Source: Candidatus Latescibacterota bacterium
GTDB taxonomy: Bacteria; Latescibacterota; UBA2968; UBA8231
Reading direction: 5' to 3'
Length of the DNA stretch: 28,003 nucleotides
Assembly: GCA_965205655.1 (NCBI GenBank)
Contig: CBDBIJ010000006.1
Coordinates: forward strand, 1-28,003
Shown here: one piece after another, positions 16,149-27,477 of the stretch
Numbering within the stretch: the first letter of the stretch is position 1
Layout of the letters: each line of letters starts with the position of its first letter
Program-made: the position numbers and the translations under genes
The notes under the pieces: model-generated
The model's database searches: none
Told to the model about the DNA's origin: nothing
Seen by the model: the letters and a program-made list of their open reading frames with translations, nothing else

Positions 16149-18512
16149 CTACCGCGGCTCGAGAAGCTGCACGGTCTCCGCCTCCTCCTCGATTTCCGCC
16201 CAGTCCCACAGCTGAGGGATGTACTCCACGTCGGCCCACATCTGCGCCTGATCGGCGTAGTGAGGACTCGCCGGATGTCCCGAAGCGCCGAGCGGTACGA
16301 TCCACTTCGAATTGCTCCAGTCGGAGGGGTCGTGGATGTAGCGATTCACCGAAATGTGGGAGGCGTCGTAGGTGCCGTGAAGGTAGTTGCCCGCCAGAGG
16401 TGTATCGCCGTCGCCGTGCACGGGCACCGAAGGCGGGTCGAGATGCGCTGCGTGCTGTGAGTATCGCGCTGACAGAGGGTGGCGTGGCCGAGTCCGGTGG
16501 ACCGCCCGCCACCTCCAGCTCGCCACGTCCTCGCCCAGGCGCCCTCGCAGCCTGGCAACTGCCACCGCGAAGCGCTCGCGCATTAACTGGCTCCAGTCCG
16601 TGCCTTTTGGCAACAGGGAAGTGTCTCCGCTCTCAAGGGCGAGCATAATTTCGAGTGCGAGGAGCCGCTCGTGTGCCACTGCCCCTGCATCGTCTGAAAG
16701 CAACGCTGGTGCCTGGTCCGCAAACAGATATCCCGCCACTTCCGCTGTGACCTCGGTACGCAGCTCGGCGTAGATCGTCGGCTGCACCAGCTCTCGGTCC
16801 ATACGGTAGTCCCACTGGCGCAGCAGCGCCAGCGCTTCGCCGGCGCATCCGTCCTCGCTTGGAGCAGCCTTCAAAAGCGCTTCCGTGAAGATGCGGGCCG
16901 GCTGCGAAATGCGATCTCCGTGAATCCGCGCCATGTCGGATGGCTTCGTCTCATTGCGAGTAAGCTCCAGTATTCGCGACTGCACTCGTCGCGCTCGAAA
17001 GCCGGCGGCGAACGCGAGACCGACGAAGTAGCGGTACGACTCATCTCGCACTCGTTGATTGCACGTTAGGGCGTAGCCCACCTCCGGATTGATCGCCCGG
17101 GGCAGCTCATCGTGTGGGATATACCCCCTCCACTCGTACTCGCCGGTCCATCCAGGCACGGCGCGCCAGCCGTTCGACTCGTTCCGTACCGGAATCCTGC
17201 CTTCGTGCAGGTAGCCGAAGTGCCCGTGGACGTCGGCGACGGCGTAGTTGTTGACTCGGTCCGTCCATTTCTCGAAGGCGTGGTGAAGCTCTTCGACGGA
17301 GCGGCTGCGCATCGCATCGAGAGCCGCATCGGGCCACGGCGTTCCTTCGATCAGTCCTGGGTCGGAGATGGCGATGCCCCACCCCGACGCGGGGTCACCG
17401 GCAATCACCGGCCCGTGATGGGTGACCGTCACCTTCAGGTCCACGTCGTCGCCCGCGTCGACGGCAATCGTTTCTTCCAGAACCTGTGCGGCTCGCCACT
17501 CTCCTTTGAATTCGTACTCCCGCCCCCCATCGGCCGCCTCGCGGAACCGCTCGATAAAGAGGTCCTGCGTATCGGCAGCTCCGTAGGTCATTCCCCAGGC
17601 CACGTGCTCGTTGTGACAGAAGTGCAAGGCGCCCGGCACACCGGGCACCGACGATCCCATGACCGAGAACTCCGGACAGGAGAGGTGGACCTGGTAGTAC
17701 ACGCTTGGCGTGTCGAGCGCTCGGTGGGAATCGCCGGCCACGAGAGGCAGACCGGAAGCGGTGAACTCTCCGGAAATCGACCAGGCATTCGATCCCGATT
17801 CGTGTCCATAGAGCGATCTCCACAGGTTGGCATTCGCGTTCCCATTGACCGCCTCGATGTCGTCCAGCAGTCGTCGCAGCTCATCCAGTCCGTCCAGCCT
17901 CCGCCCCTCGAACTCATCCCCCGGAGGCACGGTCAGCAGATGACCGCGAGGATAACCCCTCATGATTTTCGCGAAGCCTGGAGCGTCGCCGGAGGCGGCC
18001 ATGCGACTCCGGTAGAGTTTCCCTTCGTAGGTCCCAAGCAGGGTGTTGCGCATCTTGTAGACTGTGAGACAATGCCAGCTCTCCCAGCGCTCCGGCGTTG
18101 TACCCAGAATCGCGTATTCGATTGGCAGGGAGTCGGTCGTCTCTACGAAAGCGTTGACGCCGGCGGTGTAGGAATCGATCATTCCTCTCGCCTCGTCGGC
18201 AGACGCCTCGACGTCGAGCTTCGCCGTCCTGCCCATACCCGCCGCCCGCAACAGCACGTCGCTTTCGACGCCCTCACTCCCGATCCACTCCGCCCATCTG
18301 CCGAGAGCCCGGTGGCGATCGTAATCCATATGCCAGAGCCGATCCTGCGCCGTCGCGAAGCCCTGGGCGAAGAACATGTCTCGAACCGTTTCAGCTCTTA
18401 TGTGCGGGATTCCCCACTGATCCCGGTAGATGACCACGGGCTTTTCCAGGCCGTCGAGTTGCAGCGCCGACTCGACGTCGGGCAGGGCAGATTGCATATC
18501 GTTCCGATTCAT
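16149..18512 (-). CDS. Penicillin acylase family Ntn hydrolase, 787 aa
   Basis: RDQWGIPHI, FAQGFATAQDRLWHMD, GSNAW (N-terminal nucleophile Ser), GDSH, HHGPVI, CNQR, GASGHPASPHYADQ. Confidence 0.93.
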   Translation of the reverse strand: MNRNDMQSALPDVESALQLDGLEKPVVIYRDQWGIPHIRAETVRDMFFAQGFATAQDRLWHMDYDRHRALGRWAEWIGSEGVESDVLLRAAGMGRTAKLDVEASADEARGMIDSYTAGVNAFVETTDSLPIEYAILGTTPERWESWHCLTVYKMRNTLLGTYEGKLYRSRMAASGDAPGFAKIMRGYPRGHLLTVPPGDEFEGRRLDGLDELRRLLDDIEAVNGNANANLWRSLYGHESGSNAWSISGEFTASGLPLVAGDSHRALDTPSVYYQVHLSCPEFSVMGSSVPGVPGALHFCHNEHVAWGMTYGAADTQDLFIERFREAADGGREYEFKGEWRAAQVLEETIAVDAGDDVDLKVTVTHHGPVIAGDPASGWGIAISDPGLIEGTPWPDAALDAMRSRSVEELHHAFEKWTDRVNNYAVADVHGHFGYLHEGRIPVRNESNGWRAVPGWTGEYEWRGYIPHDELPRAINPEVGYALTCNQRVRDESYRYFVGLAFAAGFRARRVQSRILELTRNETKPSDMARIHGDRISQPARIFTEALLKAAPSEDGCAGEALALLRQWDYRMDRELVQPTIYAELRTEVTAEVAGYLFADQAPALLSDDAGAVAHERLLALEIMLALESGDTSLLPKGTDWSQLMRERFAVAVARLRGRLGEDVASWRWRAVHRTRPRHPLSARYSQHAAHLDPPSVPVHGDGDTPLAGNYLHGTYDASHISVNRYIHDPSDWSNSKWIVPLGASGHPASPHYADQAQMWADVEYIPQLWDWAEIEEEAETVQLLEPR

Positions 18513-18590
18513 TTTGACTCTCCGAGGGGGCTAAGTTAGATTTGCGCACGGCGACTGCCACGCGTCTCTGCTATCCTGTCCTGGAGGTCC

Positions 18591-20405
18591 TTGTTCGCCC
18601 TCCTCTCCGCCCTTCTCCTTCTTCACGTCCTCGCGCCGCCGGGCTCCGCCGCCGACGGGCACCGCCGCCATCACGCCCTCGCCATCCACGACGACCTCAA
18701 GTACGGCCCCGGCTTCGAACACTTCGACTACGTCAATCCGCGGGCGCCGAGAGGGGGTGAGTTGCGGCTGGCCGTCATCGGCACCTTCGACAGTGTCAAC
18801 CCTTTCATACTGAAAGGCGTCGTCGCCCAGGGTAGCACCCTCATCTACAACCGCCTCTGCACGAAATCGCTGGACGAGCCGCTCGCCGAATACGGTGAAC
18901 TCGCCGAGTGGATCGAGTACCCTGCGGACAGGTCCTCAGTCACCTTCGGGCTGCGGTCCGAGGCTCGCTGGCACGACGGCACGCCCGTTACAGCCGATGA
19001 TGTCATCTTCACCTATGAAACGCTCGTCAAAAAGGGCACGCCGTTCTACCGATCGTTCTACGCCGACGTCGCTGCGGTCGAGAAGTTCGGTCCTCTCACA
19101 GTGAAGTTCAGTTTTTCCGCAAGCACCAACCGCGAGCTGCCGCTCATTCTCGGTCAACTTCGCATCTTGCCGAAGCACTTCTGGCAGCGCCGACGGTTCG
19201 ATCAGACGACACTCGAGCCGCTGCTCGGCAGTGGTCCCTATCGCGTCGAGTCAGTCGACCCCGGCCGCTCCATCGCCTATCGCCGCGTCGAGGGCAATTG
19301 GGACGAGGAGCTCCCCGTCCGCAAGGGGCAGTACAACTTCGATCGCATACGCTACGACTACTACCGCGACGAAACAGTGGCGGTAGAGGCCCTGAAAGCC
19401 GGAGAATACGACTTCCGCTCCGGTGCCGGCCCCGTTGAGTGGTCGACTTCATACGAGACCGACGCCGTCGAGGCAGGTCGCCTCGTCAAGGAAGCGATCC
19501 CGCATGAGCTCATCCGGGGTATGAGCGGTTTCGTGCTGAATGCGAGACGCGGCAAGTTCGCCGACCGCCGGGTCAGGCGCGCACTCGCTTTCGCCTTCGA
19601 CTTCGAGTGGACGAACGCCACTCTGTTTTACGGTCTGTTCACCAGAACCCGCAGTTACTTCGAAAACTCGGAGCTCGCCGCTACGGGACTGCCCAAGGGC
19701 CAGGAGCTGGAGATCCTCGCAGCATTCGAAGGGAGAGTTCCGCACGAGGTCCTCAATGAACCGTTCACGCTGCCGTCCACTGACGAGTCTCGCACCATCC
19801 GCGACAACCTCCGCACGGCGCGCCGGATGCTCGCCGATGCGGGTTGGGTGATTCGGGATAATGGCCAGCTCACGAATGACGAGACTGGCGCGGTCATGTA
19901 TATCGAGTTCCTCCTCAGCCGCCCGCTCTTCGAGCGCGTCGTCGGCCCGATGCAACAACACTTGAAGCGCCTCGGCATTCAGTCCCACATCCGCACCGTC
20001 GACACCGCCCAGTACTGGAACCGACTTCAGCAGTTCGACTACGACGTCATCGTTCGCAGTTGGAACCAGTACCTCAGCCCGGGTAACGAGCAGCGCAACT
20101 ACTGGACCAGCGCTGCCGCCCGGTCACCAGGCAGTCGCAACTACGCCGGAATTGCCGATCCCGTCGTCGACGAGCTCGTGGAGCAGCTCATCGTCTCGCC
20201 CGACCGCGCCACCCAGGTCTCCGCTGCACGCGCCCTCGATCGCGTGCTCTTGTGGGGTCACTACATCATCCCGCACTGGCACAGTCGCCACTATCGCCTC
20301 GTATACTGGGATAAATTTGGCCGACCCGAGACCATAGCGCCCAACGGCCTCGCCTTCCTCCGAACCTGGTGGGCGACCTCCGCGTCTCGCCGGTTTAGCG
20401 ACTAG
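18591..20405 (+). CDS. yejA: ABC transporter substrate-binding protein, YejA-like (family 5)
   Basis: Signal peptide, LKYGPGFEHFDYVNPRAPRGG, GTFDSVNPFI, ARWHDGTPVTADDV, LGSGPY, AFDFEWTN, RALDRVLLWGHY. First gene of the operon. Confidence 0.85.
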   Translation: MFALLSALLLLHVLAPPGSAADGHRRHHALAIHDDLKYGPGFEHFDYVNPRAPRGGELRLAVIGTFDSVNPFILKGVVAQGSTLIYNRLCTKSLDEPLAEYGELAEWIEYPADRSSVTFGLRSEARWHDGTPVTADDVIFTYETLVKKGTPFYRSFYADVAAVEKFGPLTVKFSFSASTNRELPLILGQLRILPKHFWQRRRFDQTTLEPLLGSGPYRVESVDPGRSIAYRRVEGNWDEELPVRKGQYNFDRIRYDYYRDETVAVEALKAGEYDFRSGAGPVEWSTSYETDAVEAGRLVKEAIPHELIRGMSGFVLNARRGKFADRRVRRALAFAFDFEWTNATLFYGLFTRTRSYFENSELAATGLPKGQELEILAAFEGRVPHEVLNEPFTLPSTDESRTIRDNLRTARRMLADAGWVIRDNGQLTNDETGAVMYIEFLLSRPLFERVVGPMQQHLKRLGIQSHIRTVDTAQYWNRLQQFDYDVIVRSWNQYLSPGNEQRNYWTSAAARSPGSRNYAGIADPVVDELVEQLIVSPDRATQVSAARALDRVLLWGHYIIPHWHSRHYRLVYWDKFGRPETIAPNGLAFLRTWWATSASRRFSD

Positions 20406-20409
20406 GCCG

Positions 20410-21516
20410 GTGGCAACCTACATCCTGCGCCGACTGCTTCTCATGATTCCGACTCTGTTCGGGATCATGGTCGTCAACTTCGCCATCATCCAGGCGGCGC
20501 CCGGCGGACCGGTGGAACGCCTCATCGCACGCCTGCAGGGCCTCGAGGTGAGTGCCACGGCGCGCGTCGGCGGTGGGGAGCACGGCGACCTCAGCGAAGT
20601 CTCCCGTCAACTCGAGGGCGGTGCGGGGGGAGGGCGATATCGCGGCGCCCGCGGGCTCGACCCCGATCTCATTCGCGAGCTCGAGCGCCAGTTCGGATTC
20701 GACAAGCCCGCGCACGAGCGCTTCGTCCACATGATCGCCCGCTTTGTGCAGTTCGATCTGGGCCGCAGCTTCTACCGCGACGAGTCCGTCATCGATCTCA
20801 TCGCCGCCAAGCTGCCCGTTTCCATCTCTCTCGGTCTGTGGACGACCCTGCTTGTCTATTCGATTTCCATTCCGCTCGGCATCCGCAAGGCGACCGCCCA
20901 CGGCAGTCGCTTCGACCTGTGGACTTCCGGCGTCATCATCGTCGGCTATGCCATTCCCGCGTTCCTCTTCGCCATCCTTCTCATCGTCCTGTTCGCCGGC
21001 GGTCACTACCTGGACTGGTTTCCGCTCAGGGGGCTCACCTCAAATAGTTGGGATGCGATGACCCTCTCCGGCAAACTCGTCGACTACATCTGGCACCTGT
21101 GCCTGCCAATCCTGTCGATGGTGATCGGCGGTTTCGCCGGACTCACCCTGTTGACCAAGAACTCTTTCCTCGACGAGATACACAAACAATACGTCGTCAC
21201 CGCCCGGGCCAAGGGCCTGAGCGAGACGCGCATCCTCTACGGCCACGTCTTTCGCAACGCCATGCTCATCGTCATCTCGGGGTTTCCCGGCGCTTTCGTC
21301 GGCATCCTCTTCACCGGAGCGCTGCTGACGGAGATCATCTTTTCTCTCGACGGCCTCGGTCTGCTCGGCTACGAGGCCGCCCTCAATCGCGACTACCCGG
21401 TTGTCTTTGGCACTCTGTATCTGCTCACTCTCGTCGGCCTCCTAACCCAGTTGATCGGCGATCTCGTCTACACCGTCGTCGATCGCCGCATCGATTTCGA
21501 GAGAAGGGATCATTGA
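20410..21516 (+). CDS. yejB: ABC transporter permease YejB
   Basis: YILRRLLLMIPTLFGI, APGGPVE, YRGARGLD, LTKNSFLDEI, TARAKGL, HVFRNAML, FSLDGLG. Confidence 0.93.
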   Translation: MATYILRRLLLMIPTLFGIMVVNFAIIQAAPGGPVERLIARLQGLEVSATARVGGGEHGDLSEVSRQLEGGAGGGRYRGARGLDPDLIRELERQFGFDKPAHERFVHMIARFVQFDLGRSFYRDESVIDLIAAKLPVSISLGLWTTLLVYSISIPLGIRKATAHGSRFDLWTSGVIIVGYAIPAFLFAILLIVLFAGGHYLDWFPLRGLTSNSWDAMTLSGKLVDYIWHLCLPILSMVIGGFAGLTLLTKNSFLDEIHKQYVVTARAKGLSETRILYGHVFRNAMLIVISGFPGAFVGILFTGALLTEIIFSLDGLGLLGYEAALNRDYPVVFGTLYLLTLVGLLTQLIGDLVYTVVDRRIDFERRDH

Positions 21517-22625
21517 AGCTCTCTCCACTCGCGCGTCGGCGCCTCGGTAGCTTCCGGCGCCACCGCCGCGGCTGGTGGAGTCTCTGGCTCTTCCTCGTCC
21601 TGTTCGGGATGAGCCTGCCGGCCGAGTTTTTCGCCAACGATCGGCCCATCGCCGTCTGGTTCAACGGCCAGCTCTACTGCCCCGTCTTCGTCGACTACCC
21701 GGAGACCGACTTCGGCGGCGAGTTCGAGACCGCCACCGATTACCGCGACCCCGTCGTCCGGCAGCTCATCGACGTCAACGGCTGGATGCTGTGGCCGCCC
21801 ATTCGCTATGACTACCGGACAGTAAACTTCGACCTGCGCCGTCCCGCACCCTCGCCGCCGTCCGTGGAGAATCTGCTCGGCACGGACGATCAGGCTCGCG
21901 ACGTTCTCGCCAGGCTCATCTACGGTTTTCGCCTCTCCGTCCTCTTCGGCCTCTGCCTCACACTCGCCAGCTCGCTCATAGGCGTGGCCGCCGGTGCCGT
22001 GCAGGGCTATTTCGGCGGCTGGACCGATCTTCTTCTTCAGCGTCTCACCGAGATCTGGTCCGGGCTCCCCGTCCTCTACCTGCTCATCATTCTCGCCAGC
22101 GTCGTCGAGCCCGGCTTCTGGTGGCTTCTCGGGCTCATGCTGCTGTTCAGCTGGATGAGCCTCGTCGGGGTCGTGCGCGCCGAATTCCTGCGGGTGCGCA
22201 ACCTCGACTTCGTGCGCGCTGCCCGCGCCCTCGGTGTCGGCAATCTTCGCATTGTCTTCCGCCACCTGCTGCCGAACGCGATGGTCTCCACCCTGACTTT
22301 TCTTCCCTTCATTCTCACCGGCTCCATCGCCGTGCTCACTTCCCTCGATTTCCTCGGGTTCGGCCTGCCCGCCGGCTCCCCCTCTCTGGGCGAGCTGCTC
22401 GGTCAGGGCAAGCGCAACCTCCACGCACCATGGCTCGGCCTCACTGCGTTCGCCATTCTCGCCGCCACCCTCGCCCTCCTCGTCTTCATCGGCGAGGCCG
22501 TGCGAGACGCCTTCGATCCGCGCCGTTTTACGGTGCCGGCGGCCACCGAGGTGCGCCTGCAGCCCGCGCCGGCTGCCGGCAAACCGGTCGTGCCCGAGAG
22601 GCCCGTTTCACGGCGATCGAAATGA
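21513..22625 (+). CDS. yejE: ABC transporter permease YejE
   Basis: TTG start overlaps the yejB stop. RRGWWSL, YPETDFGG, LGTDDQARDVLARLIYGFR, VRAEFLR, SLDFLGFGLP, GEAVRDAFDPR. Confidence 0.92.
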   Translation: MKLSPLARRRLGSFRRHRRGWWSLWLFLVLFGMSLPAEFFANDRPIAVWFNGQLYCPVFVDYPETDFGGEFETATDYRDPVVRQLIDVNGWMLWPPIRYDYRTVNFDLRRPAPSPPSVENLLGTDDQARDVLARLIYGFRLSVLFGLCLTLASSLIGVAAGAVQGYFGGWTDLLLQRLTEIWSGLPVLYLLIILASVVEPGFWWLLGLMLLFSWMSLVGVVRAEFLRVRNLDFVRAARALGVGNLRIVFRHLLPNAMVSTLTFLPFILTGSIAVLTSLDFLGFGLPAGSPSLGELLGQGKRNLHAPWLGLTAFAILAATLALLVFIGEAVRDAFDPRRFTVPAATEVRLQPAPAAGKPVVPERPVSRRSK

Positions 22626-24233
22626 GTCTCCTCGAGATACAGGACCTGAGCGTCACCTTTCACGGCGATGAGTCGGGCGACGGGCGAGCCGCCGTCCATG
22701 CGGTCCGCAACGCCTCTCTCGATGTCGACGATGGAGAGACAGTCGCTCTCGTGGGCGAATCGGGCTCCGGCAAATCCGTCACCGCGCTGAGTGTCCTTCA
22801 GCTATTGCCTTATCCGGCGGCCACACATCCCTCCGGGAGCATCCGTCTCAACGGCGAGGAGCTGCTCGGCGCTCCCGCCTGTCGCCTGCAGTCGATCCGC
22901 GGCGACCGCGTCTCCATGATATTTCAGGAGCCCATGACGAGCCTGAACCCGCTCCACACTGTCGAACGGCAGGTGAGCGAAACCCTCGTTTTGCATCGCG
23001 ATTTGACTCGGAGTCAGGCACGCGAAAGGACCGTCGACCTCCTCGAGCAGGTGCAGCTCAGCGGCGCGTCGGACCGGCTCGACTCCTGGCCACATCAGTT
23101 ATCGGGAGGCGAGCGCCAACGCGTGATGATCGCCATGGCCCTGGCCAACGAGCCCGATCTTCTCATCGCCGACGAGCCCACGACCGCCCTCGATGTGACC
23201 ATTCAGGCGCAAATCCTCGAGCTTCTCGGTTCGCTGCAGCGGCAGCTGGGTATGGCCGTCCTCCTCATCACCCACGACCTCTCCATCGTGCGATTGCTGG
23301 CCGAGCGTGTCTTTGTCATGAAGGACGGGGTAGTCGTCGAGGCGGGAGCCACTGAAGAAATCTTTCGAGCTCCGAAGCATCCCCACACTCGTGGGCTCAT
23401 CGACGCGGAGCCGCCGATTCGAAAGTCTGAGATCAATCCTCATCCCCCTCCACTCGTTATCGAGGCGCGCGACCTGAAGGTTCACTTTCCGATTCAACGC
23501 GGCCTCCTTCGCCGCCACTGTGGACCATGTCAGAGCTGTCGATGGGGTCTCCGTGCAGCTCCGCGCCGGACAGACCGTCGGCCTCGTCGGCGAATCCGGT
23601 TCGGGAAAGACCTCCTTCGCCCTGGCCTTGCTCAGACTCATCGCCAGCGACGGTGAAATCCTTTTGGATCGCCATCGCGACTTGCGTCAGATCAGCAGCA
23701 AGCAGTTGCGACCCCTTCGCCGGCAGCTGCAGATCGTATTCCAGGACCCCTTCGCGTCCCTGTCACCGCGCATGTCGGCCCTTCAAATCATCGAGGAGGG
23801 ACTGCGCGTTCACGAGCCGGGGATCGCCTACGATGATCGCCGTCAAAGGACGGCGGACGTAATGAGCGACGTGGGCCTGCAACCTGATGCGATGGACCGC
23901 TACCCCCACGAATTCTCAGGCGGACAGCGCCAGCGGATCGCAATCGCCAGGGCCCTCATTCTGCGGCCGAAGCTGCTCGTACTCGACGAGCCCACCAGTG
24001 CCCTCGACCGCACCGTGCAACTGCAGATCATCGAGCTCCTCAGCGACCTGCAGGCACGCCATTCACTCGCCTATCTGTTCATCAGTCACGACCTGCGCGT
24101 CGTGCGAGCCCTCGCCGACGAGCTGATTGTGCTCAGGAGTGGAGTGATCGTGGAGCGGGGCCCCACCGAGCAGATCTTCGCCGAGCCGAAAACCGAATAC
24201 ACCCGGGCGCTGATCTCGGCGGCGATGCTGTGA
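22622..24233 (+). CDS. yejF: Fused double-domain ABC ATPase YejF-like (apparent +1 frameshift near 23516)
   Basis: ATG overlaps the yejE stop. Two Walker A motifs ([16 protein letters not shown]), signatures LSGGERQR and FSGGQRQR, two DEPT motifs. Removing one C in CGCCGCCACTGTG gives [14 protein letters not shown]. Confidence 0.88.
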
Positions 24234-24340
24234 AGCTATCGACCCGCCACCTCTCTCTCCGTCCTTGACGACCGCCTCCGAAAACGGCTTTATCTGTCTC
24301 CTGACATGCGTCCATTACTCGAGAAAAACGGAGATGTGAG

Positions 24341-26034
24341 ATGGTGCTGAAGTATGCCTTGGCGAAGAGCTTGATCGCATTGGTTGCCATGTTGTCGCTG
24401 CGCACGGGCATCTCGGCCGCCGAAATCGACTCACAGCGGCTCATCGATGCCGCTGGAGAGCCGGAGAACTGGATGACCTACTCAGGCACCTACAACGCCT
24501 GGCGTTACAGCCCGCTGGATCAGATCGATCGCGGCAACGTCACTGACATGGCGCCGGTGTGGGTGCGCCAGACCGGGACTGTGGATGGAGGGTTCTCCTG
24601 TACGCCTCTAGTCGCCGACGGCGTCATGTACATCTCCTCCCCCTGGAACCGGGTGTTCGCCGTCGACGCCGCGACCGGCAATGAGCTGTGGCACTACTAC
24701 CATCCAAAGCCGGCGGAATACGGCCTCATCTACCCACCCACGAACCGCGGCGTCGCCCTCGCGGACGGACTCGTGTTCATGGGGACTCTCGACAACTATC
24801 TGATCGCGCTGGACGCCGAAACTGGAGAAGAGGTCTGGAAAGTGCAGGTTGACGATGTCAGCGTCTGCGGCTGCAACATCACCGGCGCCCCGCTCGTGGT
24901 GAAGGACAAAGTCATCATCGGCGGCACCGGGGGAGACTCGGCCCATCGCGGCTACCTCAATGCCTTCGATACGAAGACGGGCAAGCACGTCTGGAAGTTC
25001 TGGACCATCCCGGCCCCGGAGAGAAGGGGAACGACACCTGGATGGGCGACAGCTGGAAGTTCGGGGGCGGCGCCACCTGGCTGACGGGATCCTACGATCC
25101 GGAGCTCGATCTTCTGTATTGGGGAATCGGCAATCCGGCAGCCGATTTCTACGGCGAAAGAGCGGATGGGAGCCAATCTCTACACCGACTGCATCGTGGC
25201 GCTGGATCCCGACAACGGCGAGCTCAAGTGGTACAATCAGCTAATTCCCCACGACGTCTGGGACTGGGATACTACGTATGAGCAGGTGCTCGTCGATCTG
25301 CCCGTCGGCGGCAAAGAGCGCAAGCTCCTCGTCCACCCGAGCAAAGGTGGCTACACATGGGTACTCGATCGCACGAACGGCGAATTCGTCGGCGCTTGGC
25401 CGCTGGTCGAAAACATCAACTGGATCAGCGGCATCGATGAAAACGGCAACCTTCTCGGACGTTACGAGCCGCCCGTGGACGAGCCGAGCATTATCTGCCC
25501 AGCCATTGGCGGCGGGCGCAGCTGGAACCACGCCGCCTACAGCCCCCGCACCGGTCTGCTTTACACCACCGGAATCGAGTGGTGCCAAGGAGGTGATCGC
25601 CCAGAAGGGAAGAGCCGAAACGGGGTGAGCTGTTTCTGGGAGGCGTCTTCGAGCTCCGACCGACACCGTCGGGTAATCAAGGTAGTCACTTCAATGCCTT
25701 CGACCCCGTGACCGGCGAGAAGCGCTGGAGTTACAAAGCGAAATATCCCCTGCTGGCTTCCTCACTTGCCACTGGCGGCGATCTCGTATTCACCGGTGAC
25801 CCCGAGGGGGCTTTCATGGCGTTCGATGCCGTCACCGGAGACAAGCTCTGGAGCTTCACACCGGTTCGGGGCATCGCGGCTCGGCCATCACCTACCTCGG
25901 TCGATGGCCGTCAATACGTCGCCGTGCCTTCCGGCTGGGGGTCTGCCGTGGCCGGCTCTTGCCGCAGCTCTGGCCGGGAGACGGAGGACTTTCCGGGTGG
26001 TGGTGCGCTCTTCGTGTTTGCGCTGAAGGAATAG
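24341..26034 (+). CDS. Periplasmic PQQ-dependent dehydrogenase (methanol/ethanol family fold), multiple apparent frameshifts
   Basis: Signal peptide, [81 protein letters not shown]. Spread over at least four frames (shifts near 25020, 25165, 25590-25620, 25860-25980). Confidence 0.88.
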
Positions 26035-26051
26035 CCGCCCGTCGTCCAGAG

Positions 26052-27477
26052 CGCTTTGTCCCGATCTTAGTTGAAACAGCACAGCTCCAAATCGTTACGT
26101 TTTGATACGAGAAGCCCGTTGGAAGAAGTCTCGCATCGGTAACGATGGGGAGCCTGCAATGAGCAAGCTGGTAGCACGGAGAAGGGCGTCAAACGAACGG
26201 TGAGCATCGGCAAGGTAGCACCCGAGACTGCAGAGCAAGTAGAGGACCTGGATGGCCGGATCGAGGCGATCCAATGGCTGATTCCTTGGGGCTGCAGGCG
26301 GTCGCGGAGGAGCTGCAAAGAGCGGTCGTTGAGTTGGCTGGGCCGCGGTATCAGCGCAAGGGGTCGGATCAGCCGTTACGCCGCTGGGGGTCTCAGCTCG
26401 GGTCGGTGTACCTGGCCGACCAGAAACTACCCGTCGATGTGCCGCGGGTGCGCAACGTGGCCAACCATACCGAGGTCCCGCTGGATGTTTACCAGGCACT
26501 GCAGACGCCTCGACAGATGGACGAAGGTCTGCTGTTGCGGATGCTGAAGGGCATCGCCACGCGCAACTACGAGGCCTGCGCTGAGGCCGTACCCGAGGCC
26601 TTTGGTCTGTCATCCTCATCGGTGTCCTGTCGTTACGTGAAAGGCACGGCTCGAAAGCTGGCTGAATTCCAGGAGCGATCCCTGGAAGGATATGATCTGG
26701 TGACGCTATTCCTCGACGGCAAGAGCTTCGCGGACGAGGAGATCATCATCGCCCTGGGCGTCACCCTCGACGGACAGAAGATCCCTCTTGGCTTCGTGCA
26801 GGCGGCCACGGAAAACGAGCGCGTCTGCCGTCGCTTCTGTCCGATCTGGTCGAACGCGGTATGCAGTACGAAGCCGGACTGTTGGTCGTCATCGACGGCG
26901 CCAAGGGGCTTTACAAGGCGGTGATGTCGGTGCTCAAAGGACATGCCTGCGTGCAGCGCTGCCAGTATCACAAGCGCCAGAACGTCGTGTCGTATCTGTC
27001 CAAGAGCGAGCAGTCCGGTATGGGTCGCAAGATGGAGGCGGCCTACGGCAAACCGAGATACGAGGCGGCCAAGGCGGCACTGGACGCGCTCAAACCGGGC
27101 TTGAAGTTGATGAATCAGTCCGCCCTACACAGCCTCGAGGAAGGCATGGAAGAGACCCTCACACTCCATCGGTTGGGACTGACGCCGATGCTCAAGGATT
27201 CCTTCCGCACCACCAACTGCATCGAGAACGTCAACAGTCTCCTGGAGCAGCTCACACACAACGTGCGACGCTGGACCAACTCATCACAGCGTCACCGTTG
27301 GGTAGCCACGGCACTGCTCGACATCGAACCACGTCTGCGCAGGGTCAAGGGCTATCGCCATCTGCCGATGCTCCGGCAAGCCATACAAGCCGAACTCGGC
27401 ATCAAACAGCTCGCGATGATGGGCTGACACACTCACCCGAGCCTGTGATTTGTTTCAACTGAAACTGGGCCTTGACC
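26052..27477 (+). mobile_element. IS256-family element (copy 1)
   Basis: Imperfect IRs sharing the perfect core AGTTGAAACA (26069-26078) / TGTTTCAACT (27451-27460). Outer ends approximate; no target duplication found. Confidence 0.75.
26159..27427 (+). pseudogene. IS256-family (mutator-type) transposase with at least three frameshifts
   Basis: GGGGAG RBS and ATG 26159. VPRVR, GIATRNY, LFLDGK, ALGVTLDG, VIDGAKGL, QRCQYHK, TTNCIE across ORFs 26200, 26274-26924 and 26861-27427. Confidence 0.88.

Noticed and set aside
17112..18539. 475-aa plus-strand ORF and similar long antisense ORFs (e.g. 21510..22424, 13510..14301)
   Set aside because: Shadows of well-supported genes on the opposite strand.
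21048..21512. N-terminal extensions of track ORFs 21048..22625, 22121..23656 and 14672..15877
   Set aside because: They overlap upstream genes in another frame; coupled starts at 21513, 22622 and 14876 fit the families.
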